DNA from: Tubiluchus corallicola
Lineage: Eukaryota > Animalia > Priapulida
Reading direction: 5' to 3'
NCBI GenBank assembly: GCA_030141605.1
Contig: JAQGDQ010000239.1
Span: 186,001 to 250,000 of the forward strand
DNA: 64,000 bases
Each line of letters begins with the position of its first letter. Positions within the stretch are counted from its first letter, which is position 1. A program made the position numbers and the translations under genes. Of the stretch, positions 53,909 through 64,000 are shown piece after piece. Under the pieces are notes generated by a model, which was not told the origin of the DNA, did not search any database, and saw only the letters and a list, made by a program, of their open reading frames with translations.

Positions 53909-55039
53909 ATGATGAGGTGGCACCGCATTCTTGTGAATATGGGTCATCTCTTTTGAACGTGCGTAAAGGAAGGAAATATTTTCACTAGAGGCCAAAAACA
54001 AAACCGAGTGCTTTTCCATTGTTGAGCAATAAGCTGTAATACACCAAATAAATGGTCTCCATGAGATAAATTGGTTGGTGTAGGTTGCCCTAAAATTAGT
54101 TGATCTACCTGTTGAAATTCAATTAAAGCAACCATGACCTTCAGACAAATGATTGATCTCATCACAAGGTCAAATTATACAGTAACACTTTTTATTGCTT
54201 ATTTGTTACATCATATCTTTGTTAATAATAAAATGAAAGTTGTGACATAAAGTATTTAGCGTTACATCAGCAAAATCTTACCATTATTTTTGATCATCAA
54301 AAACGTCAACTAGAGTTAAATTTATAATTATTCTTCTACTAAAACTAAACGCAGTACACATCAATATTCTATAATGATGCATAGCAGCTGTGCGTGAGAC
54401 ACTGCAAATGCAAAGGATTTACTCCCCTATACTATAACAACCGTAGATGGCAACGGAAGCTAGGCTGATAAGGCGGCGTTCAATTTACTAACTAATATTC
54501 TATAGAGCAAGGAGACATATTTCACTTGTACATCAACAACAATGCCACCGACGTTGACGTTAATGCGGACCACCAGCAACGAATCTAACAACATAAAAGT
54601 TTAATTTCATAAAACTGATACCCAGAGATGATCAAAAACCATTTAAACAGACTAATTTGACAAATTTTCTCAGAGTCTCATTAGTCTCAGGAATCGAATT
54701 GGAGCATAATTACAGAAGTAATTACTTCTTCATTTTTTCACATTTTTTTCATTTCAGTTTTGATGTAAAGAGTTTAATAAAAATAATACTTTATCGAAAA
54801 ATTACATCCCCTGAGTTGTAAGAACATACTAGAAATCTTACACGTACCAAGAATAATTACTGTGAAGCCAGAAAAAACATGATGCGCACAACATACAAAA
54901 AGATTCTCTTAATAAGAAGTTGTACATTAGTTGTGGTTTGGGTGCGTGAAAGTAGTTTATTTATATTTTTATATGGAGTAAGACATGCAGGACTGATACT
55001 GACAATAATGTGTTATAATTAACTTACTGAGAAACAAAT

Positions 55040-56080
55040 ATGAATGGCAGCCTATCTTGGCAAAAGGAGTTTTATGCTATAGCAAGAATCTCCATATGGT
55101 ACCACGTGTTTCTGGCGGTAGCAATAGTGACAATACTTGGAAATCTATCTGTAGCAATCTGCATTGTTTTTGGGTCGAGGGAAATAAAGCCTATTCTAAT
55201 GGTTCTGGCGAGTTTGGCTGTATTAGACACGCTAGGTGGATGTACAGGTGTATACAAATATCTTTATTTTGATGCGGAAGTAGTGCCTGCGAATATCTAT
55301 ACTTGTTGGATAAATTATTTCGCACAAGTATTGTGCTACATTTCATCATGTTTACATATAAGTGCTCTAACTATTGACTGTTATTTGGGAGCTGAGAAAC
55401 CGCTAAAACGTCACAGAAAGCCAAGAAAACTGCATACTGCGTTAATCATAATGGGATGCTGGATTATTCCTGTTTTGTATAATGTCATAACAATACCGAC
55501 TGCAATAATCAGCTTTAATGATAAATATGAAGCTAGCTATGTCGAATATTGGTATAATAACTTTAAATGCACATTAGACAATGAGTATGTAGACAATTTC
55601 TTGATTATAGTGACCATGTCTGTGATTTTTACTATACCTATATTAAATATAATACTGCATGCACGAATATATTGGATTATCCAGCATAGAACTGCCGCTT
55701 CTCGAAAGTCGAAAAACATGAAATGCTTACTAACATCGTGTTTACTATGCTTAGCATTTATAATCTTCTACATGCCTGTGTTGATAGTGGGAATAATGCG
55801 GAAAAGTTGGCAGCTAACGGAAAATGATACGACAGCTTATTTATATCCTTTACATGTTGTAACACGACTACCAATTCTCAATTCGATGTCCCACCCTCTT
55901 TTATACGGATTTCGGATAAGTGGCGTTCGGCAGGGATTGCGTAATCTTGTGCGCTTGCCAACTATATCAAAAGCATCAACAAGTAGCAACACAAATGACC
56001 ACGAAAGACAAGAAACCCAAAATAATGGTTGGACCTATATCACAAAGATTCAGGAACATAGTAGCAACTGCAGCTTGTAA
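55040..56080 (+). CDS. Intronless class A GPCR (346 aa), paralog of GPCR1, with DCY and HPLLY variants (GPCR2)
   Basis: TM1 GN, SLAVLD, DCY, FYMP, NSMSHPLLY. Blocks identical to GPCR1: GGCTGVYKYLY, AEVVPANIYTCWI, QVLCYISSCLHI, RIYWIIQHRT. Confidence 0.93.
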   Translation: MNGSLSWQKEFYAIARISIWYHVFLAVAIVTILGNLSVAICIVFGSREIKPILMVLASLAVLDTLGGCTGVYKYLYFDAEVVPANIYTCWINYFAQVLCYISSCLHISALTIDCYLGAEKPLKRHRKPRKLHTALIIMGCWIIPVLYNVITIPTAIISFNDKYEASYVEYWYNNFKCTLDNEYVDNFLIIVTMSVIFTIPILNIILHARIYWIIQHRTAASRKSKNMKCLLTSCLLCLAFIIFYMPVLIVGIMRKSWQLTENDTTAYLYPLHVVTRLPILNSMSHPLLYGFRISGVRQGLRNLVRLPTISKASTSSNTNDHERQETQNNGWTYITKIQEHSSNCSL

Positions 56081-58879
56081 GAATTTGACAGGAAGTTCAC
56101 AATGTTACAATTTTTATCAGTGTTTATTTATCTGTTTAGCGTTTGATTGTTATTTGTGATTAGTATTGTGTGTGATTGTGTATATGAATTTTGTTCTGAA
56201 ATAAAAGTTTCATTCAATCAACATCAACAAAAAATGACATAGTGTTATTAAGTATAACTAATTTAATCAGGGCAACCACAAGTAAAACTGAAACAGAAAG
56301 AGTAAGGCTAAAAGCGAAATGGGGGTCAAATTTTTGTCTTCTTATAGTGGTAATTTTTGATATTATTTTTGGGAGTACCGTATTCGATGTTTAAATAAGT
56401 TTTAGTGATCATTGCTGCAGCTTTAGCTAATTACGAATTTTTAGTGTGGAGATATATAAAAAGCAGGCGTCTCAAATGAGCAAGACGTTTATCAGCATTA
56501 CTTTACGGAGTAGTACAATTACTTTTATAAGTATATATTTACAAAAATCATAACAGTTTTAATGAGTATTGTAAAAATTTAATCACCGACAAAACGATGG
56601 AGTCACAGATTTAATTATCGCAAATTAGTTTAAAAGAAATAAGGTAATAGACAAGTTTTAACCAGGCTAATATTGACAACAACAAATTTATAAAGGTGCG
56701 ACTGATAGTGTTCTACTATCAAGCAATTCCAGAGATTGAACATTACTACTACACATGTTTACCTTTACATTTTTACAATACGTGTAATTGTCCAATTATT
56801 GGCAAACCACTTAAAAAAATTGAAAAATTAAACCAAGGAAAATTCACAGCAGAATCACGTGCTTGCAAACAAAAGCCAGAAAATTTCATTTGTTACTTCT
56901 TCATAGTTTAAAATGAAAGCTGGTAACTAGTGAGCGTGTAAATGCAATACAAGTAGTCAGTACAATAATAAAAATGTTCTCTGTGAAAAAGCGATCTACT
57001 ACGGTGCTTTGCAGTAGCATGTATTAAACGCGGACAAACAGTGATACAGAACAAGCTGCAAAGCTCTATTATGTCCGTTAGAAGCCAAGGCTGGGCAAAC
57101 TCGTCTCTTCACATCATCTGACTGCCCGACAGTTGAAAGAGTAATTATTAACAATTAATAGGCCACACGATCCTACTATGCCCGCAATCTTCGCCCCCCC
57201 CCCATTAAAATGCTATATTATTCCCAAGTTGCCTTGAAAAGTCGAATATATGTGTCCATCTAGTCTCTTCTCTATAATAAAGATATACAAGTGATTTAAA
57301 CAGAACCGCGTTTTAAACAACTGACCACGAAGTACGGAAGGAAAAGATTGAAAATGTTATTTTAATGCTTGTCTTGCGTCCAGCTATCTTTTCTACAATA
57401 TTTTTGATAAATGAAACCCCACCACCAGTTCCATTCACTATCGGGTGTCCCCAATGCTTTGACGTGCATGCGACTGAATAAAGTGACACGCAAAAGTGAT
57501 AGTATAAACACGCGTGAACGTCACCTTTGCGTGTCTGTTGGTACAGTGACAACTTTTGAGGGTTAGTTAGCCACCATGCTTAATGAGTGATAAGGTCTAG
57601 ACCAAGCCTCTTTCTTTTGCAGGTTGATGTTGAATGCGACATCAGAAATGACAGCTAGATAGAGAAAATTTGTTGAACTTAAAATCACAGTTAATTTGAT
57701 AGTGTTTACAATTAATATTTATTGAAACCCGGTTGTTTAAAGCCCACTAATCTCAAACGCTAAATAAATTAAAGCCGTGTGTGAAACATGTGTCATAGAC
57801 GATTACGAAAAGTTTACAAAAAAAGCTGAATTCCGCGACATATGACCTTGTGCTGTAAAACTTCAATTTTGAAAAGTCAAAAGATTGTAATAGTGGAGGT
57901 ATAATAATGGATAACCACTTCAAATTAATGTAGTTTGCTATTTATCCTACTAATGGCATATCTATGGTCCAGTAGAAACCCGTTTTAAAGCGCGTTGCGT
58001 TCGAGGGCAGGAAATAAAGATTTTGGCCAGAAAATAAAATTGAACGGCATCTATAGTCTATTGCAGCTGGTGACATTAATTAATACTAAAACCTTGTTCA
58101 CGTACATTTGTGATCAGAGCTTTACAGAGTAGAGTCATTAGAGTGATTAGACAGATAATGGTGCGTACGTGCTTTCTGAACGACAACGGCCTGCTTAATT
58201 AGTACACTTTTTACATCAAAGCAGAACGATGTTATAAAAGTACTGCAGTAATTGATTAAAATATGGCAAGGACATTTTGTTTTAATAAAATTGCTACAGA
58301 TTTAATAAAATTAAATTTCACAAAAATTTTCAATAATATTAGATAGGAAACTTGGGTCAGACAGTTAATTTGTCCCAGGGATATATTATTGCAATATAAG
58401 GCACCCCCACAAAGACATATGTAGAGGTTTACCCAATTAAAGTCCAAGTAAAGCAAGTATATACCATATTAAAGGCAGCTACATGGACGACCTTAGTACA
58501 AAAAATTGATTAGCAACAAATGCGCGGATAAATGAATAATCAAGCAAACAAACAGTGAAGAAGCAAATCAATGAATTACAGAATGAATGAACAAATAAAT
58601 GGAAGAGAGAATGAATTTTTACAGAAATGAATTAATTTACTAATTAGTCAATGAACGGGCGAATAAATAAGTGAATGGACAAATAAAGTCTAAATAATGG
58701 CCGTTCAATATAAAAACAAACACTACTTGGACCACTGCTAAGTAATTAAAGCAAAATGTACAAATGTCTTCAATGCAAAGTTTGAGAGACTTAATTTCAT
58801 TACAGAGCAGACACTATGCCACACCAAAATGCTATAAATGTATATTAATAAAATACTCCGCTGTTATATAATACTCAAT

Positions 58880-59410
58880 GCTCTCCTCATTATTATTGAA
58901 ATATGTGTCAAATGTATCGATTGCAGCAGCTGCCACCAATTTTCAATTATTCATCGGGTAAAGGATTTCCACTCCACATTCTGTATATAATAAATTGTGT
59001 CACTGATACCAAATTTATTATAATTAGGCTGGTAATGTATGTGAAACGTCACCAAGTTAATTTATAGCAGATTCTGCTTATCTACATATATTCTGCATTA
59101 CTGTAGTTGCTACTATTAGTTTTAAATTATTTAGCATCATGGAACAAAAGATTTCCATATATATTTATATATGGCCAGAAAGCCATAATTTATAATGAAA
59201 CAGTGCTGTAACATTGCGTGCATGATTGCAAAGTAATGATGTTGTACCTTCGTATAATAATATCTACTATATTAATAGCTTACTGCATGCATAAACACAT
59301 CATTAGTTGACGAAGGAGATAATGGTGGCCATAACAAGGTGGATGATCACAGCCCATATAATAATTATTCACAAACCTCACAGTCGCTATTCCATTTTAA
59401 AGTTATACGT
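58880..59410 (+). pseudogene. Highly decayed GPCR paralog
   Basis: Collinear remnants: CVTDT (58996-59010; cf. AVTDT), LHIFCITV then CY after a 1-nt deletion (59082-59113; cf. LHISALTIDCY), LVDEGDNGGHN (59303-59335; cf. LDNEGGHN), VAIP (~59383). Confidence 0.6.
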
Positions 59411-60348
59411 CTATAATTTGGAAATCTTAATCTGAGAAATACAGCAACAATGGCCACCAAGAACAACATCATTTTTGTTTACAAGATTTGACAAAACAAA
59501 AACTGAAAGTTTTGGCATTATTTTTCAGTGCAACATCTTCAACTCAGAGCTTAGGCCTAAATAAAATAATAAGCTTTATTTTTAATTATAGGCCTAGTAT
59601 TATATTTATTTAGGCTGCTAGGGACACTTTTCCAGCTGTGCATAAGATTCTAAGATGTTCAATTTTGCTTTTGACACCTTCAGTAAGAAATTCTTCTGTA
59701 GGGCAAGGACTAGCTTTTGCATATGATCCCAATGTTTTTGATACCAATTCAAGTCAAGAAAAGAGGAGACGTGCAAGATACTCGGGTATATAACTACAGC
59801 ACTTCAATATTTAAAAAAACTGTAACAAAAGACTTAAGCAATAAGAACACTATTTATCTAATGAAAAAAAGGTCTATGCTCAACAGTTTGGCATCCTGCA
59901 CTAATGCATATCTCCCTAATTTAAAAATATCACGCACAAGAGAATATATCCATGAATGTTCGGAAAACACATGGGAAATAATTCGTGAATGTCTGGTAAA
60001 CTGCAATCAAATTATTCTTGCATGCTAGTAGTATAAGCAAACTTTAAAACTCCATCCAATAACAAATAAAAAAGAACAAAAGCTAATTCTGTAAAAAAAT
60101 TAAAAATGCAAACAGCATTCTAGTAAAATATAGTAGCAAAAAATAGCCACCCAGATGATTAAAAAATAAGTTACGAATTAAGTTATTTGGTTTGAGTGGA
60201 TAGTTATAAGAGTAATATAGTCAGGCCTGTTTCAGTTAACAAGGGACGGAAATAACAGGTCAAAAACGAATTCTTAGAATCTACTTAAACATTAGTATAT
60301 ATGTATTTGAAGTTCTTGGCAAAAATGCCAAAACCTTTTACATAACTG

Positions 60349-60412
60349 GCTTCTTATTCTAGAAAATTACAACACCAGAAGCTTCTTATTCCAGAAAATT
60401 ACAACATCAGAA
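60349..60412. repeat. 32-bp tandem duplication
   Basis: GCTTCTTATTC(T/C)AGAAAATTACAACA(C/T)CAGAA x2. Confidence 0.9.
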
Positions 60413-60735
60413 GAAAGCATTTCCTCAGAGCATTGGTCAATAATTATTAGTGATATAAAAACTCAGCTGCTTCATCAAAATTTTCCGTGTAACACAAATA
60501 TGAAAAGGTTTATCAGTCTGGTTAGACATAATGGCAATGTTGATAAAACCTTTATAGGAGTAGCAGTAGTAGTAGTAGTACTAAAAATTTTATTTACTGT
60601 ACAGAAAAGTAACATTAGCCAATGACTATTTTCTGACAGATTGAAGAAAATAAAACAAAATAAAAAATGCTAAAACAATGCACACAATGAAAAGAATTCA
60701 AAACTTATTTTGCAGTACGCTACAGGACTGCCATC

Positions 60736-60833
60736 TGTGGGCAGTAACACAATTTTTTATAATACAAGTTATTACTGTGTTTATTTGTGGGCAGTAACAC
60801 AATTTTTTATCATACAAGCTATTACTGTGTTTA
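60736..60833. repeat. 50-bp tandem duplication
   Basis: TGTGGGCAGTAACACAATTTTTTAT(A/C)ATACAAG(T/C)TATTACTGTGTTTA x2. Confidence 0.9.
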
Positions 60834-61093
60834 ACTGGTACGTACACAGCATAAGTTTCCTGACAAATTGGCTGCATCAAATTGTTAATGGTTTTAGTAT
60901 TTTGTAGGGGCATAAGGGCATAAACAGCACTAAAACCATTAATTCGCATAGTAAAATTGTAGTAACTTTTAAAGGTCAATGAACTTACATACATTAATAT
61001 AGATTCCGCAGCGCATATAAGTGTTTACTGAAATGTCTAATTCAGAAATTAAAGACATGCATTTGATGGGTATCACAGACAGTATAAAACCAA

Positions 61094-61878
61094 TTAGGCA
61101 AGATGTAACTCGATCTTTTTAAGATTAACTGCCTGATTTTTCTTCAATGAACAACTCAAGAAAACTGAAGCCATGGGTTTCTGGAGGTTGTTTACCCGTT
61201 TTTGCAAGGCAGAATGCACCAGTGGATACACCAGTAAATTTAATGAAGCCCTTATCTCCCCAGAAAATATGTTAATGCATTCCAAATCTAATCTCATATA
61301 GTACGTCACAGGACAGAATTACATCCCTTCATATGAAGAATTGAGGAGAAAAGATATGTCATATCTGTTGTGCTCAGGCCATGCTCTGCAGTAATTAGGT
61401 CTTTGTTGCAATACACAGGATATAATTTGGACAGTTTACTTGATCGCGATTCATAAAGTGACCAACCTGAGCAATGGCAAAAAAGATTTATTAAACAGAG
61501 ACCATAAAGTCGTGGAATTACTGACAACGAGTAGTACGGGAAATGTGTGAATAGAGTGCAGCATGAAATCAGATCAAGTCAAGGAGTTCTCCAAAGGAAA
61601 CAGAAGGAACTATTCTGTTTAGAAGGCTGGTAATAAAACTTATAGAATGCATGGAAAGCATCAAATAAGAAGGCGTATGCAAATATTACTACAGTAGAGG
61701 GTACAAAGAAACTATTAAACAGCTTTAAATACTTTTGGTGCATAGAAGTGACCTTGTAATTACTAATTATATAGTGTTTATTATACTGAGATGCTAGAGA
61801 AGTGTTCATATTAACTAATAAGCTCTGCGCCCTCTGATATTGGTACTGGTATATTGGCATTGGCATGTTTATCACCAC
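61094..61878 (-). pseudogene. Possible decayed 7TM/GPCR-like gene on the minus strand
   Basis: ORFs 61579-61878 and 61306-61527 are in the same frame, separated by one TGA, and contain hydrophobic stretches. The adjacent shifted ORF has the TM7-like ASLNLLVYPLVHSALQKR. No clear DRY or LAxxD motif. Confidence 0.3.
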
Positions 61879-62282
61879 CTAGAGGCATAAAACAGATTCA
61901 CAATTTCAGAAAAGCAACAAACAATTCTACTTTCTGAAACCAGTTACAACTGTGCTTCCCATGTGCGAGCTAATTTGATAACATTTTATTGGAAATAGAA
62001 AGTGATGCGCACCAGGTTTTTGTGGACAACAAAATTTAATTTATTGTGTTCAACATCAAATATTGGGCTAACTTGTAAATACTATCAAAAAAATTTTGCT
62101 AAACAGAGATATCATTCGTGCGAAGAACCATTGTGAGGAAACTTGGCACACGCTAATACGATTTAACTAAAGCATGTCAAATCTGTCTTTGTAACGTACA
62201 TTTTTCTTTATTTCGAATTTAACGTGCAATTGTGGAGTGCACAGATGAATAGTCTATAAAAGAATATTAAGACTCTCATAAG

Positions 62283-63995
62283 ATGAAGTACATTGTGAAA
62301 TCAGATTTTTGTGATCTTTCAAACCAAAGTTTTATGTGGCAAGAATGGTTTTACAATCAAACGAACATCAGAGTGATTTACCATATGTACCTGGTATCAG
62401 GAGCAATGTCTATAGTTGGCAATCTAGCAGTTATCATGCTGGTTTTGATAGGACATGTGAAGATGAAACCTCTGATTATTATTTTAGTAAGTTTGGCTTG
62501 TGCTGATGTGTTACAAGGTGTGAGTGCAGTGATAAAATTTCTTTTGGTTTATAAAGAAATGGTGGAAAGAAATATGCAGACATGCTGGACAAGTTATTAC
62601 CTAATATCATCAAGTTTCATGGCCACTGCCTTAAACATATTATGTCTGACTGCAGACAGATACATGAGCATATTAAAGCCGTTGATGTATCGGACTAGGG
62701 TTCTAACAAGCCATTCATTAATTGTTGTGATAATGTGTTGGGTGCTTACATTAGTGTACACAGCCTCAACTACAATCTGCAGGATTAAAAGCTTGCAATG
62801 GGACAACAATGACAAGGCTTTGGAAGAATGGTATGCAAATTTCCGGTGTTATTTTGATGCCACTATGTGTCCAGCCAGAGCTGACTTTCCAGCAGCATTG
62901 ATATTTTGCATTCTAGTGGGAGCTAATACTGGCCTGCATGCACACATGTACTGTATAGTAAAACAGAGAGTAGTGAATCCACAGTCAAGACACAAATCAC
63001 ACAGCTGGAAGGCCTTAATTACAATAATTATAGTGACAAATACGTTTGCAATATCATATTTGCCCATACAGGTATATAACATATGGCTGCGATTTTGTCA
63101 ACCAAACAATAGTGACATTCTAAATCATGAAAGCCTCGCCACACCTGTAATTACTGCTTACCTATGTCCTGTGATAAACTCTATGCTAAATCCACTTATA
63201 TATGGGTACAGAATTAAAGAAGTACAACAGGGATTTTTCAAACTTATTCACAGAATCAGATATGGCAAGATGAGAGAAGAAGAGTTTCATCATCAATATC
63301 TATTTCCACATATGTTCAACAGAAGAGGCAGTATTTCAGATGTGGTGTTCAAAAGGAAGGGCTGGGAACATGGTACTTGGTCCCATCCAATACGGTGGGC
63401 CTCATATGATGGTACCATGCACTTGCAACCTGCAGCTAAAAGAGCTCAAAGCCTTACTGTTCCTAGCCTTGCTCCCAGAACAAAGAGTTTAATGGTTGGA
63501 CTGAATATAAAGAACGAAATTTCCTCTACAATAGCAACAGCAGTGCCAGATTTGAACAGTGAAATGGAGGGATTCCGTTCTAGAGCAAACACACATACAC
63601 CAAGTTTGTCGACAGAAGTGATAGAGGAAGAAACGCTGGGAGATATTACAGATGATGATGACTTGGACAAAAACGAAGCAGGGTCTTCCAAACATCCAAA
63701 TTTGCAAAAGTTACATAGTAGTAATAGCACAGAAGATAGTTGCTCACAATACAAGCATTGCGTTGAAGGGTCAAAACCAAACGAAATGATGAAAGAAATG
63801 GCAAATCCTATCAAAAATAAAGAAACTGAGAAATCTGGGTACAACACTGAAAGTTTAAAAACAAATGGACTGGTTACAGAAATGGCAAAGCCCCCACCAC
63901 ACTCGATGATGACCATGAAGACTCGTCTGCGGCCCTGTGAAATAAGGAATTTTTCGATGGTTGCAGCCAGGCCTCTGAAGATCCTGGCAAAATAA
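62283..63995 (+). CDS. Intronless class A GPCR (570 aa) with canonical DRY/NPLIY and a long Ser/Thr-rich C-tail (GPCR3)
   Basis: GN, SLACAD, DRY, SYLP, NSMLNPLIY, followed by ~240 aa of low-complexity tail; TAA at 63993-63995. Confidence 0.93.
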   Translation: MKYIVKSDFCDLSNQSFMWQEWFYNQTNIRVIYHMYLVSGAMSIVGNLAVIMLVLIGHVKMKPLIIILVSLACADVLQGVSAVIKFLLVYKEMVERNMQTCWTSYYLISSSFMATALNILCLTADRYMSILKPLMYRTRVLTSHSLIVVIMCWVLTLVYTASTTICRIKSLQWDNNDKALEEWYANFRCYFDATMCPARADFPAALIFCILVGANTGLHAHMYCIVKQRVVNPQSRHKSHSWKALITIIIVTNTFAISYLPIQVYNIWLRFCQPNNSDILNHESLATPVITAYLCPVINSMLNPLIYGYRIKEVQQGFFKLIHRIRYGKMREEEFHHQYLFPHMFNRRGSISDVVFKRKGWEHGTWSHPIRWASYDGTMHLQPAAKRAQSLTVPSLAPRTKSLMVGLNIKNEISSTIATAVPDLNSEMEGFRSRANTHTPSLSTEVIEEETLGDITDDDDLDKNEAGSSKHPNLQKLHSSNSTEDSCSQYKHCVEGSKPNEMMKEMANPIKNKETEKSGYNTESLKTNGLVTEMAKPPPHSMMTMKTRLRPCEIRNFSMVAARPLKILAK

Positions 63996-64000
63996 AAAAG

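Noticed and set aside
63446-63916. 156-aa antisense ORF
   Set aside because: Shadow of the GPCR3 coding strand; no recognisable motifs.

Overview
AT-rich eukaryotic (invertebrate animal-like) genomic DNA, not prokaryotic. The minus strand carries the 3' half of DNAJC13/RME-8: 26 GT-AG exons from 42466 down to a TGA at 24057, about 1145 aa, including the HPD J-domain. I found no further upstream DNAJC13 exon between 42467 and 64000, so this stretch is probably one intron of more than 21 kb. It holds an antisense cluster of intronless class A (rhodopsin-like) GPCRs: three intact genes and at least two decayed paralogs that the ORF track misses. Two intact receptors have DCY instead of DRY, and one also has HPxxY instead of NPxxY. 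Introns and spacers carry readable transposon relics: an internally deleted pogo/Tigger element, 5'-truncated CR1 and RTE ends with target-site duplications (TSDs), and two MULE-like foldback elements. In 1-23 kb I recognised no gene, only tandem repeats, microsatellites and weak candidate ORF remnants. All family calls come from my reading of motifs; no searches were run.
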